In this document: positions 1-13,661 of the stretch, one piece after another
How the letters are laid out: each line of letters opens with the position of its first letter
Position numbering within the stretch: position 1 is the first letter of the stretch
Source of the DNA: Marsupella aquatica
Lineage: Eukaryota > Plantae > Marchantiophyta
NCBI GenBank assembly: GCA_973895155.1
Contig: OZ316895.1
Location: 21,526,558-21,590,557 of the forward strand
Direction of reading: 5' to 3'
DNA length: 64,000 nt
The notes under the pieces: model-generated
The model's database searches: none
What the model was told of the DNA's origin: nothing
The model's input: the letters and a program-made list of their open reading frames with translations, nothing else
Translations under genes and position numbers: made by a program

Positions 1-99
1 ATGGTATGGAGGATGTTATACATGTCATATTTTGATGTGCATTTAGTGGGCTGAAAGTGTGTGATTTTCTTAGGAAATCAGTCAAACTTTCCTTAAACT

Positions 100-720
100 G
101 CAAATTCTACTACAAAGGACTCCGGGTTACCCGGAGTCCTCATTACTACGTGCATCAAGTGACCCTTCATCGGGAAGCGCAGCTGCGCCTCTCCTGAGCC
201 ATTCGATTTTTACTTACTGCTGCGCCCATCCTATGCCATCCGATCCGATCTATGGCTCAAAACGTAGATCTCAGTGAGATCTACGTCTCACAAAAAAATG
301 AGACAAAAAGATTTGATATTTCGTGAGAAAATATTAAAAAACAAACGGTGAAATATGATTGGTCGAATTCAAATTTCGAATTTTGGGGGGAAGAGGAGAT
401 CTAAGCCGTCTGCCCTTATCATCTCCGTGAATCTCATCCGTCCACTTCAGTAGGTTATCTATGGCTCAGATGAAAGATCTCAATGAGATCTACGGATGGG
501 TGTTTTCCGTTTTGAAAATGGTTGAACAGTTTTCAAATGAGAAATAAAACAAATCCAAGCATTCCTGGCCGGTGATTCTGTCTCTACTGAAATCTATACC
601 ATTGATTGTTTTTGGCTAATAAAAATATTTTTCGTCCACATAAAAAGGCAATCTAGGGCACAAATGAAAGATCTCGAGGAGATCTATGGCCTGGTGTTTT
701 CCATTTCAAAAATGAATACA
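100..720. mobile_element. Probable DNA-transposon subterminal region with palindromic repeats
   Basis: Perfect 12-bp-arm palindromes at 116-140 (aggactccgggt-t-acccggagtcct) and 262-286 (acgtagatctca-g-tgagatctacgt). The agatctc-nnn-gagatct motif recurs at ~475 and ~669 with similar flanks. TE identity is inferred. Confidence 0.45.
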
Positions 721-2424
721 TATTTTTTGAAATAAAAATAAATTAATTTTACTATTTTCTCCTCTTTCTCCTCCCCATACTTTCTTTCACTAAAGTTTGA
801 TACTCCTTTATGGCCGTACTGTCCCACAGCTCCTTAAATAGTAGGAGTTGTGGTTTAATTGTAACACTTTTCAGTTTAGTGGGTGCTCTTGGGAAGAATT
901 TAAGTGAAAGAAATCAAGCTCCCACGATCATTATGAGCCCTGGCATCATCACCAGCGTATAGACATTGGCACAGGAAAGAAGATCGACTTCCATTCATCG
1001 AAAACTGGTTCTCCCCAAGTTTGTGACTTCGTCGAATCTGTCACCTTCCTTTACAAAGATCAGTAGTACAGTCCTCGAAGGAAATAAGAAAGTTCAGTTG
1101 ACCATCTGTGTTTTTACTGTTAGGTTGATTTCTCAGGTATTCACTGATCATGCTCTTGAAAAGCAGACAGGGAATTGAAAACCCACATTGATCGTCACTC
1201 GTCACATGCTCTGGAGATTTGGTTGTCACATGTCCAAGGGTGATCTACCAAAGTAGGAAAAGCTAACTTTCTCGATCACTTTCTCGATCACAAAGATCTC
1301 CACTAATTCACTAGTGATGAATGTTCTCAAAAAGCTTTTTGCTGCCTTCGTCAGCAGTCGCTCTCCAATTTATTGTTGCTACAATGCATGTAACGGCTGG
1401 CAGGTGAAATCAAGGGAACGGTCAGTCCTTTGCTCATGGTCCATCCACTCGGCCAGCACACTGGATGGGATGAGATCTCTGAAGAGAGCCTGAGATTTAG
1501 TGGTGAGAACGGTTGCTTGCCATTGTTGCTCGTGAGAACCCAAAATTGCACCTCATCCGGGCGGAATTCACTGTGCAAGTGGAAATTCACTGTTCCATCA
1601 CACCAGATTGGCCTCGACCTCAATTCAACTGGCCAATTGAAGGAGTCTCACGTCTCGTTGCTCACTTGTCATCACACCAGGTCTGACCAATTGGAACAGG
1701 CTCACCTTTCATCCACTCATGTCTTGTGCCACTGCTCGCCTATACACACTTATACTCAATGCCTGCCATGATCGAAGCCTCTCAAGGGAGAAGCCGGACT
1801 CAAGTCTTGTCAAGCTAGCTAGCCCTGTCCCAGACTGCGTTGGAGAATTAGTTGTATGAAGAATTGAGAGTGTCTGCTGGCTCTCGTCGGTAGCCTAGGA
1901 GTGCTCTGACCCGGAGGTTCGGGATCTCGAGTCAACAGTTGAGTAACTTCCGTGATCATGGAACATAATCGTTCGCTTTTGGAGTGTGGGTGGATAGACA
2001 CACATTTTCGTTGGGAGAGCACCAGCTGAGCTCCAGAATTTTGGTAAAGGGCCTAATGAAGACATTGAAATTGGGGTAAACACCACGAGCATACATCGCA
2101 AGAAAAAAGGTCGATCCTGAAGTCCTTGAGAAATCCGAAACTTAGCTGTTAGGAAGGAAGATTTCCAATGAGTGATAAGAGTGAAACTGTTGTCCAGGTC
2201 TTCATCTCGGCTGAACTGTTGTAAGGATCAAAGAGAAACCACTTTGTGATCCTAATTGCCTTCCTCTGCATCTGAGAAACTCGGGTTGGATGAAATATTG
2301 ATCGAGAACCGAAAAGCAGCCGCGCCGTATGGCTCACATTGCAGGAGACTAGCCCATTTCTGTACAGTTCGCACAAGCGCAAAACCGTAGCGCCTCTAGA
2401 AGTTGCCCGTGCTAGGCGAGCTCC

Positions 2425-2584
2425 TCATGTGCTTTATATAAGCCGTTGCATTCAAATGCAAGTTCAATCTGTAGATTGCAATTCCGTGGACAGAGCAATT
2501 TGATCATGTGCTTTATATAAGCCGTTGCATTCAAATGCAAGTTCGATCTGTAGATTGCAATTCCGTGGACAGAGCAATTTGATC
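2425..2584. repeat. 79-bp tandem duplication (2 copies)
   Basis: tcatgtgctttatataagccgttgcattcaaatgc...cagagcaatttga starts at 2425 and again at 2504, with one mismatch. Confidence 0.9.
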
Positions 2585-5500
2585 GCGTTTGGCTCTGCAT
2601 CACGTGTCTGTAGTAATCTTAAGAGGACCTTGCGTCGCCCCCTCATTCTCGAATTCTTGTCGAGGGAGTTGTCTCTTGTTCGAATAGGAAGAGTCGTGGG
2701 ATTGATTTGCGGCTACTGTGGTTAGAACTCTCCTTTTCATCTGCGGGGAACACTTTTAGTCTCGCCATCTCTTCGTACATCTTTTCTCTACTAGTCTTGG
2801 TAGCATACTATACACAAGGCCGACTTCATACGTCGCACAAACAACCTATGAACCGTGAGTTAACTATCCAGACTGATCACACTCAAGGATTCATGCTGTT
2901 CAGTCAAATACGGACTCTCGGTCCAATTCGCGGAACTGAAGGGTTCTCCATCTGAAATTTCTTGAAGGACAGCACAGCAAAGAAATTACTTGAGAAAGAT
3001 ATTCATGTCAACACATAAATTCTGGGGAATTCATCTCCAGAAACTATTTTCCATAGATTGTGAGGTTCTGGTACGTAACCATCCCGCTTAGTAGATATCT
3101 TGGCAGTAACTGTGACCCACCTACCGGGGCGACCGAACAGTCAAATGCCAAGACATCAAAGATAGGTTGATCATCCTTCCAAGAAACTCTGATCAAAGGA
3201 ATTCTCTCACACGAACATATCATTTTCACCCGACTTTTCTTGCGACTTAATCATTCTGATATGTCTTTTGCCAAGTCAAATACCCGCAGATTCTCATCTG
3301 ACATGTTTCCCTAAGGTGCGAACGGCCAAATTAACGTTTTGGATCGCACCGAGAGTTTTGAATGCTTCTTCGGATTGAAGCGGTTGTGCTCCTTTGTTTT
3401 GAACTCCAATCTCTTGTGGCTTTGACAAATGAGTGATCTCGACAATTGAAAGATATCCGCAATGCCAACGAACCCGCCTTATCGGTCTGTTCCAAAAGGC
3501 CAAACCAGCGGACACTGGTTTTAATTTCGTACTTCTCCTCTGGAATTTCTCATTTTAAGCAATGTGAATTCTTGCATTGAAGTCAACTCGAGGATCGTCT
3601 GCATCTATGACAATCCCCTGCACGGTGCAAATGTAGAGTGCTGCTGAGCAGTTGGACTTGCAACTTGATAAGTGCAACCTGATGTTGAGGAGTGTGCAAG
3701 GGGGGATGAATAGTGGGGCATAAAAAAGGTGCGCAAGACCATCTCACTTTAGACAAAAATGTCCAGAGAGACTGTTCTGTAGAGCGGAATTAGAATATTG
3801 ATGAGCAGAAGCGAGGCGAGAGGGCAATCGGGCATTTTGGAGAATGGTCAGACTATGAACTGAAAGGAGTGTACAAATAGTGGGGAGAGGGGAGAATGGA
3901 TAGTGGAGCATGGAAAAGGTTGCACACAGGCGCCTTTAGGGACGTCCAACTTGCTCCAATGCCAAGAATCGTGGCCATAATCAAACGAGCCAGGGAGGCT
4001 TCTTGCCAGAACCACTGTCCAGAGAGACAAATGTCCAGTAGAAGTGTTGTTGAGGAGAAGTGAGACGATCTGGCCGTTGGGCATTGTGGAGAATAGTCAA
4101 ACTAGGAACTGGATTGCAATGTGGAGAAGAGCTAGAAATCCTTGAAACTCCGTTCACTGTGCACCTTTTCCATGCCACTGGTCACCTTTAAATCCGGCTC
4201 CATGCCACTGTGCACCTTAGGGGCGTCCATCTCACTGCCAGAAAAACGAACTGTTGCCATGATCATAAGGCCAGGAAGGTTCCCGCCAGATGGACATCTT
4301 GTGAACAGACCATGGGAAAGAAAACCAGGTGTATGTCATTGTTTAGATTGTGGAATTGGATGACTAGGGATCGGCTTGGCCAGCTCTCATGTTGGTCTTT
4401 TCTCTGATCCGTAACCAATAAGACTTCCATGTTGTCTCTGATCAATAGGGAGAGGAAGGAAACGAGGTTTAGAGAGTTCGGAGACAACTTAACTGTCTAC
4501 TAGACTGCACACAAACCTTCGTTCACGAAGTTGAGCAAACGATATTACAAGGTTTCCGTTGGAAGGTGCCGTGTACCCGTCCGCAAACGGATTATACGGG
4601 GGTTTATGGTTGCTGGGCATGGTACTTTCTCGGTACTACCAAGTCTCTTCAAATAGATTCACGCTCGGTCACAATTCCCTAGAATTGACCAGCTTCAAGT
4701 TCATTCAAAACACAGTGGCACAGAAACTGTAGCAGCACAGAAACCGACTAATTTCTGCAAACAAATGCGGACATTTGCAGAAGAATACGTAGGGAGTCTT
4801 GGATGAGCTTCGTGGCTCCTAAACAATATAACAGTGAGACTTTCAAAGTCTACCGTAGAGCTTTTCTGGTGACCTCTCACCTCCTCTCGTTTCTCACCGG
4901 TCAAACATGAATCCTGCGGTGATCAACCATGACTGCAAACCTTTACATTTTGCAAACATTCCCAAATGAGGAACTTTTGCAAGCCATCTTGCATTCTAAT
5001 ACTGGATGTCTCCCATGATAGGCAATTTCTTTGTTTGGATGCCTCGCTCGTCAGTACTACCGGGTTCAGAAACGTGAATTACTCGATTGGGATGAGCAAG
5101 GTCAACATCAAAATTGGAGAAGCAAACAAATTCTACAGTTAATTAGAACAGAAGTGGTCAGAAAGGATAGCGACGTCCTTTGCATTTCGGCCTCTTGTTT
5201 CTCAGGAGGTCCATCATATGGTATCTCATCCAACAGAGATCCACAACATTCCGCTATGGACACCAACAAATACAACTGCAGCGTTTGTGAGTGGGAATTG
5301 TAGCTCTTTTTGAGTTTCAAGGTAAAAGACTATGGAGAACAGACCACCCGCGAAGAGACTCACATGAAGCACTTGGGACAGTGGTAAAACCTAGGCTTCG
5401 CCCACGAAATAGGAGGCAAGTCTAACGTTGCCACAGAACCCAAAGAATGAAACCCTACTCAAGCAAATTTGAACAAGCCTTGACCTACAAAAAGCAAAAC

Positions 5501-5591
5501 TCCGGCGAAGTAGCTTGATCACAGGCTACGTCAAGGGAGCATTAATATGATAAAATAAAAACAATCGATCGGAAATTCCTCTCAGCTCATA

Positions 5592-8500
5592 TCAAACGGG
5601 TGATTTTGGAGGGTTCATCAATAACCAAAACCCTGCACAAAGTTCTGAATCCAGAGATTGCTGGATAGCAAGGAAATGGAGACCTCCAACTCGCCTTTTA
5701 GCTTTCTCCCAAGCCTGAGCCTCTTGATCGCCCTGTTCCCCCTTCCGCCAGAAGGCATACCTCCATCGGTCAGCTACTCCACTGGAGAGTATCAGGCAAG
5801 ATCGGCTCATTTCTACATCTATGGACGAGAGCTCCAAAGCGTTTGTCCAGGCTGCAGACCAATTCTCACAGTAAGAAGATACTCAAAACGAATCGACTTT
5901 CATGAGAACTTTCAGTTCAAAAATTCTACTCGAAGGTTCATCGCTAGGTCAATTTCAAATCTACCCTACTCTTCTGAACTTCACAATAAACATTAGTAAC
6001 AGGTGCCAGAGTCGCAAAACCCAATCTTAGAAATTACCAAGCTTGCTCAGATAATTAATAGATTTTCTCCTCAAATCGGTTTAACTGAGATTTCACGGAT
6101 AGATGTGTGAAAGCTTTTAGATGGGATTGAAACCAAAGCTCCAGTATACTCTGTTTAAGTTCTTACAGATTTAACCACCATCATCTATCTTCTTTTAAGT
6201 ACTCCAAGTAAACCCAGCAGTTTTGAAGTGGCAGATGTAAATGTTATTAGAATTAAGATACATTTTCAAGCAGAAGTGGATACAACTTCCGCACGTTTTT
6301 AGTTTTACCCTAACACCAGCATACCCTTGTGTGAGTGAGACCTTTTGCATCCACGCGCGCATATGCTGGTATGGCACCCTCGTAGATGCCACACATACGC
6401 AGCACCCAACCACACGACCCTGAAACCCACAATAACAACGCACGCACGCCTCTCACCCTGCTGCCCTTACTTTCTCCCGATCATTCCATCTCTCTATTTC
6501 TATATTTCACCTCTTGTGAAGCTACACCGTCCCCAATGACACCAGAAGTCCTCAAACATATACTATCCCAATACTTGTTACAGCATGAAGTCGTACAAGG
6601 GACTTGCCATTACCGATTGAACAGCTCTATCTTTTAGAAAGAAAATTGAGCTTCAGTCACCAAAGTTCAAAAACAACACGAAAATCCTTTACGAGGAGAA
6701 GCGGCTCTTGAAAGACTAAACGCTAAAATCACTCTTCAGTTTTTTTCGCAGTTATTTAAGATGGTTTTCTACTTGAGGACTTCAAAAGATCTCCAAGAGC
6801 TTACAATGCACCCTTCAATTATTGACTTCCAATTTTGTCTCAATTATTTCAAAAAGGTTTCACACTTCAGAACTCAAAAGCATTCCCAAAAGTCTGAAAT
6901 GAGTCAGATATTGACGGGCTTCTGATTAAAGCAATAGAATTATACTGTTTCTGCTGGACTAATTTTCTTCTGAACATTGTTTAGTTGCTGTTGGAAACCC
7001 AGAAAAAGAAAGAAAAGATTATGAAGCAGCAATAATTGAACCGAGCACTGTAACGAAGGCAACTATATCTCCAATCAAGAGGATTCTCAGATTACAGCAC
7101 CTGCAAGTGGAACAGATCTCGCTGATGCAACAGCAACCCCAGGAATCATAGCATCAGAAGGCATGTCCAAACCCAGGGTTTCGAGATCAAAGACTCTTCC
7201 GAAGTTGTCCCCTTTCTCCACAGCTGCTATTTCCTCCAGTAGTGCTGAGGATCAGCAAAATAAAAAATCATAAGATAAAGGAGACTTAGGAAGTGAACAA
7301 ATTGCAATATTATTCTCCACCGCCAACCTCACCAGGGTTCGTGCAACGACTACAAAAAAATCTTCAATGTTTGACTCCTTGCGTAAGTTCATTCCCAGTA
7401 AACAACACACTGATCTACGCAATCATTTAAAAGGTAATAACAACACGTGGACCGACAAAGACCCTGTAAGGTATGTGACATCAAAACCCTCCACATAATA
7501 TTTAGGAATATATTTACTTCATGTGCGACTTGGGAAGGTCTTATGTCTGTCAAACCGACTAATTTGACATTAACAGTGTTATCGAGTACAGACCTGAGAG
7601 AGGCAACTGAACAAATGCCCATTGTTCACCACGTAGAGTGTCTGGTACGTCTACCGGAAGAGGCTGCTCCAGAAGTGTGAGAGGGCCAGCACCCTCCTGA
7701 TACCCAGGATGCTTGCTGTAGACAGTCTCAAATCGCTCGTCTAACCATCTTACTAGAGCTATACACTGCATCAAGAATCAAGAAGCTGGACGTTACTATG
7801 AGATCCAAGGAAAACGAGTAATTATAAAAGACCTTCTGGACAAAACCACGAGAAGAGACCAAAAACATGACAATCCAAACTTCAGCTTATAAGATCTATT
7901 TTTCATACTGTACATAAAAGGAAACATACCCTTTGACTTGGGACGGGTTGGATATCCAGCTCGGTACAGGCCTTCCCGATAATGGTTTGCATTTGAGACC
8001 TGCCGAAAAAAGATGAGATTGATCCATAACCGCAGATATCTACTTGATACATCACTTCCAAAACAGTGAAAAGGATATCGTATCGTTCGTTCGGTAAGTT
8101 TTTAGTTCAGTTTTGACTATCGTGTAATCTTACATGGACTTCGATGCCAGACACTGCTCAAACAATATTCAATAGATACTAAAATTGCTAACTAGAGTTG
8201 TTGGAGCCAGTTAGATCATTACGGGAGGTGAACATGCCGATGCTTACCGGAAAAATCGAACTTTCCTAGGCTTCGGAACACCGAGAGTTTGAATTATATA
8301 CATCAATGCGTCCCGCAGAGTGCCACTGCTGATTACATTGTTGGGGTAAAACCGAGCGAATTGGAGCTGCCGCTGGTTGTCACAAACCGCGAGCTCCCAG
8401 ATTTTCTTTCCTCGAGAATCCAGGATAGGCCGAGAACAGAAATCCAGCTCCCATTCCGTAATGCTCTCAATGTCGGCCTCGTCGTCAACACTCTCCACCT

Positions 8501-8891
8501 GCCCATCCCCAAGCTCAGCGCTCCTTTCTGCCAGGCTACTGTTCGGTAACACCTGCAGCTGCACACTTCTCGGAGTCCTGTCCCTGTGATTCCTTCTCAA
8601 ACTGGCAGCAGGGGCAAACAGTACTGCTGCCGCTGCTGCACCGCCATTGCATTTCTTCAATGGATTCAGAGTCTCGGAACCAAAATCCAGGGGCGTAATC
8701 AATCTAAGCTGGTTGTTGTAGAGGCGAAGAGGCATAGCAGGAAGAGCAAGGTAAGATGACGGCAAAGCAGAGAAACATGAAGAAGAAGATGCTAGTGACG
8801 AAGATGAACCAGCTGACGAGGTAGATGGAGAAGAGCAGGAGCAGGGGCAACAGGCCCGCGCCTGCAAGCCTGCTCCCATCCCCACCACCAT
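5592..8891 (-). CDS. ATAB2: Tab2/ATAB2-family chloroplast RNA-binding translation factor, 5 exons
   Basis: Tab2 motifs [44 protein letters not shown] and GLHFLAIQ...GFWLL, preceded by a Ser/Ala-rich transit-like N-terminus. Approximate exons 8891-8248, 7999-7930, 7765-7594, 7244-7101, 5851-5592, with in-phase GT-AG junctions. Start is ATG 8891 or 8879. Confidence 0.92.
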
Positions 8892-9659
8892 TACCGCTGT
8901 CCTCCCCAACCCAAGTAAATACGCCAATACTCTAGGCAGATCGCTGCAGTCAACAGAAAAAAAAAAAACCAGTTGCACAGTGGGTAACAGGTCGCAACAA
9001 AACCGCCATGACACTACCAGAACAGACGAACCAGAACGACGAGAAACCCACAGAATGAAGCTTACCCCTGCAGGAAGCTTGGCAGCACGGACAACAAGTG
9101 CAAGAGGCCTGGCGGACGTACTCCTCCTGTTTGGATTCTCAAAACATCAGCAAATTCGTCCATTACTATCCCAAAGGCCACTGAAATATCCAAACACAAG
9201 CTGATCGGCTATGGACACAAATTTGGCCAGAACACTTTGGCGCACTCTCAGGAAACCACACCATCAAACAGACAGCTCCGCCATGGTGGGATTGCTCCTC
9301 CAAACAACACGAGTATCTCACCACTCTCCCGAACGAGCTCATCTCGCCACAATCAATCACGAATTAGTCCGGAAAAGACACGGGACGGAAAGATTGGAAA
9401 GCAGAGCAGCTGAGAACGTACATGGACTGGTGGCTTCTCCTGCTGCCAGAGCTCTTGAAATAACCATTCCTCTGCAAAGGCGAAGCCAGAGCAACGCCAC
9501 ACTGCCTAGATGCTGCGGCCAAGCTCAATCGATTGCTCCCTCCGACTGATAGTAGTGGAAGGCAATCGGAATGTGCGGCCACTGCAGCAACACTCGCCAT
9601 GTCGTCAATTTGTTGGGCTTATTCTTCTGCAGCTGTTGTTCCTTCAAATCGAGTGGTGG

Positions 9660-12240
9660 CTTTTGCCCCACTGCCCACAGACCGGCACTAGCAGGTCACC
9701 TCCACACAATCCTCGAATGTCTACCGGCTCTGAAACCGGAACAGCAGGTAACTGTCCTTGCAAACTTGTGCAGAGTAACCCCATGGTTCCAAGGGGATTG
9801 TGGGGTGCAATCCTTTAAAGGCAATATTGAAGGCCGGTGCCCAGAGACTGGCACTAGCAGGTCACCTCGACACAATCCTCAAAAATAGACAGGCAACAAA
9901 ACCGGAACAACAGGTAAGTGTCCTTAGAAAGTTTGTATAGTAACCCATGGCTCCAACTGAAGTGAAGTGTGGAATGCAATCCTCAAGGCAATCCTGAAGG
10001 TCGGAGCCCAGAGACCGGCACTAGCAGGTCACCTCGGCACAATCCTCAAATATTAACCGACAACGAAACAGCAGGTAACTGTCCTTAGAAATTTTGTATA
10101 GTAACCCATGGCTCCAACTGAAGGAAATTGTGGGATGCAATCCTCAAGGCAATTGAAGGCTGGTGCCAAGAGACCGGCACTAGCAGGTCCCCATGGCACA
10201 ATCTTCTAAAATCGACCGGCTTTAAAACAGGTACAGGATGTAACTGTCATTTTACAAGATTTACTTAATCCTCAATCAGATACAAAACAGACACTAGCAG
10301 GTCACCTCGACACAATTCTCAAAAATCGACCAGCTATGAAACTCGAACAGCAGGTAACTATCCTTAGAAACTTGTGTAGAGAGTAACCCAATCATGGCTC
10401 CAAGGGAATTGTGGAATCCAATACTCAAAGGCAATCCTCAAAAATCAGGCAGGTCACCACGGCACAATCCTCAAAAATCAACCGGCTGCAAAACAGGTAC
10501 AGGAGGTAGCTGTCGGCACAATCCTTGAATATTTATCGGCTTTGAATTAGGTACAAGATATAACTGTCCTTTTATGAGATGTACACAATCCTCGACCAGA
10601 TCCAAACCGGTGCAGGAGGTAAGTATCCTCAGAAAAACCTCCAGGGTAACCATGGCCCCATGGGGATTTTGGGATGTGATCCAAGAGGGAGGTGCCCAGA
10701 AACACAAAGTAGTAGGTCACCACAGCATTATACTCTTAGAGCGCTCGGCTATGAAACCCATATACTGAGTAACTATTTTTACTAGTCAGCTTTTAAGTGC
10801 ATTGACACTAAAGATAATTGAATTTGCAATATTGCCACTGTTTTTTTGTATTTACAGAATTGACACGGTTTCCGTATATAGCTCCCCTGGTTACCTTGAT
10901 GAACTTGTCATCCATATACAAAACCGTGGCATTTTTATAAATACAAAAAAATAGTGGCAATGTTGTCAATTGGAACATCTTTAGTGGCAAAGTACTTAAA
11001 AACTGTTTTACAAATGTGTAGAGAAGCCATGGGCCATGGGATGTAAACCCAGGGGTAGAGACAGGCACTCATAAGTCACCACAGCACAATCCTTGACAAC
11101 ACGTTGGCTAAAAAACCGGAACTACATGTAACTGTCCCTAAAACCATGTGTAGAGTATTGACCCATGGCTTCTAAAGGATTGAGTGATGTAATCCCCAAG
11201 GGTGGTGCCCAACTACCGGCACTAGCACTTCACCACCGCACAGTCCTCAAACATTGACCTGGTGTCAAAATTGGTACAGTAGGTTAGTGTTGTTAAAGAA
11301 ATTGAAGGGTTACCGATGGCCCCAAAAGTAATTGCAAGATGTAATCCCTAAGGGTATACCGTGAGACAGGTAGCAACAGATCACCACAATTTGTTCTTTA
11401 TAACAGCCAAATCATTAGGTAACTATCCTAAGAAAATATATAAGGGGGCATCTGAATTCCATTACAAGATGTATACAACATAAATATGGGAGACTGTATA
11501 CTTTTAGAGGAGACCAGCTGTCTTTGGTAGTATTTTTAGGTACTCTGTTTAATTATGAGTGAACCTGTTGACATTTTTGTTGTGTTTGTCACACTCAACT
11601 TAGCATAGAGACAGTATTGCTTATAAAGAGAAATTAAGACCTACACGTGTAGTGGAGTAACAAGACAAGGACCATATTAAGTAAATGCATGACCTTAAAG
11701 TTTAGGATAACCCATGGGCCCAAGGGGGTTATGACAGGTATGTAATCCCCAAGGGTTGTGCCCAAAGACAGGCAGTAGCAGGTCACCATAGCACAATCCT
11801 CAAAAATAGGCACACTAAAAAACCGGTGTTGTATGTCATTGTCCTTAAAAAATGTGTAGGGTAAGTTATATATGGCCCAAGGGGATTATGAGATATAATC
11901 CCCAAGGGCAATGCCAAGAAAACAGGCGGTAGCAGGTTACAACAACACTATCCTTGAAAATAGACATACAAAACCGGTGTAGTACATCATTGTCCTTCAA
12001 AAAAATGTGTAGGGTAAACCATGGCCCCAAGGGCATTTATAGGATGCAATGCTCGAGGGTGGTGTGCAAAGACAGGCAATAACAAGTCACCATAGCACTA
12101 TCCTCGCAAATCGACCGGCTACAAAAATGGTACAATAGGTCACTGTCCTTCAAAACATCTGTAGGGTAACCCATGGCCCAAGGGAGCTAGGGGGTGCAAT
12201 CCCCAAGGGCGATGATCCCAAGAGGGTAACAGCCATGGCC
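9660..12240. repeat. Degenerate tandem array, ~160-180-bp unit
   Basis: Core gaccggcactagcaggtcacc..cacaatcct..aaaccgg..caggtaactgtcctt..aacccatggc recurs near 9680, 9845, 10012, 10171, 10288, 10447, 10700, 11060, 11215, 11365, 11767, 11920 and 12070. Confidence 0.85.
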
Positions 12241-12834
12241 CCCAAGTGGCCACGAGTTAACAAGTTAACCTCCCAAATGCAGATATGCTTTGTTTAGACC
12301 ATTATCTTAAAATTGGATAATTTTGAAGGCGGGATAAGCACATGGGCCAAATCTCCTAACCCCCATGCAAGCTAGGCACCAAGAGGGGTTATGGCTCATG
12401 ATTATTCATAGAAATAGGAATAGAAAAATATGGGGGCTTTAGTTTTCTTTCTTTATTACTCCAATGCCCACAATATTGTTGATAGTAAATGATGCAGCAT
12501 AAATGTTATTGAGCATAAGTAGGTAGCCAGGCAGTCGGCTTTCCTCCACAGACATCCACACTCTTAAAAATCCAGTTGCCATGCCACTAATGGACAGTCA
12601 GCAAGTCAACGAGTGTGCAAGTTGCAAGCATGCATAGTGATTGTTTGGGCATGGAAAATGTGGCACCTTTACTTTCATCTCTTGGTTAGAAAAAAATGTC
12701 ACCATAGCTCAACAGCTAAGGGGGCTTCTAGCCATAGTAACATTACATAAACAAACCTCAAGAAAAAAAAGAGCACGTTTGCATATTGTAGTGTTGAGTT
12801 AAAGGGAAACCACCTCAGAGTACTCTCATGGATT

Positions 12835-12905
12835 CTCTACCAGGCCTGGTCGGGATCGAATATAACCTGCCCTCACCATTTATTAAACCCCACTGTGGCT
12901 AGGTT
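12835..12905 (-). mobile_element. Possible tRNA-derived SINE head (weak A/B boxes)
   Basis: Minus strand has A-box-like TAGCCACAGTGG (12901-12890) and B-box-like TTCGATCCC (~12860-12852) about 30 nt downstream. Confidence 0.25.
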
Positions 12906-13384
12906 TGCACATCCCAATGTCATGGCTTGGTGTTTTCTTCCTGAGGACAGCAGTTCCACAAGCAAGCAGGGCCTTGTGAGTTCTAATTGCCTACTCTGGC
13001 AAGTGTGAAAGGCACACTACACACTTGCGCTGGCAGTTTTTGTGAGTGTGAAAGGCAGCATGGGTTGGGAAGCTAGGCATACCCTTCGCAAAGCCAGATT
13101 TGTCACACACCCTCACTGGCTGATTAAACTCCCCAATTGTAGGCCCGGTTGGTGTGCACCAGTGGGAGTCATATTAGAGCACGCAAGATTTGCAGCTAGC
13201 TTGTACCATGGATAACCCCTGGCTTTTAGTTTTAAGTTTTTAGTTTTATATAATTCATTCAACTACCACAAAGAGGTAATCTCTGGTTTAAAGTTTTTAT
13301 ATAGTTCCTTCAACAACCACAAACATACGTGGTGTGCATAACACATTTGACCTGCCCAAGTGACTTGACATAGAGTCAATATTA

Positions 13385-13460
13385 TATGTTGGAGTTGAAT
13401 CTGGAGTAGGACCTGCTTTCCAGTGCCCAACCTCTGCCACCTGAGCTAACCACTAGGCTC
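13385..13460 (-). mobile_element. tRNA-derived SINE head or tRNA pseudogene
   Basis: Minus strand reads GTGGTTAGCTCAGGTGGCAGAG with an A box at 13448-13437, then B-box-like GATTCAACTCC at 13401-13391 at tRNA spacing. No intact acceptor stem is visible. Confidence 0.4.
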
Positions 13461-13552
13461 CGCTCAGGTGGTTAACTCCATTAGCAGCTTTTTGCCTACA
13501 AACCACAGTAATGGACCAACATTGGATAAACTAGAGACAAACATTGCTCAGT

Positions 13553-13661
13553 TTTTTGGGTCTTTTGAAAATCTCAGGCTTGCAGTTTTCACGGGACAGA
13601 AGGTTTTGGTTGTGGAGAGCTTGGAGAGTTTTCTGGGTCTTTTGAAAATCTCAGGCTTGCA
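13553..13661. repeat. ~30-bp direct repeat pair
   Basis: tgggtcttttgaaaatctcaggcttgca occurs at ~13557 and ~13634. Confidence 0.8.

Noticed and set aside
9660-12240. CRISPR-like appearance of recurring motifs here and at 23 kb and 62-63.6 kb
   Set aside because: The sequence between motifs is itself repeated rather than unique spacers, there are no cas genes, and the context is eukaryotic.
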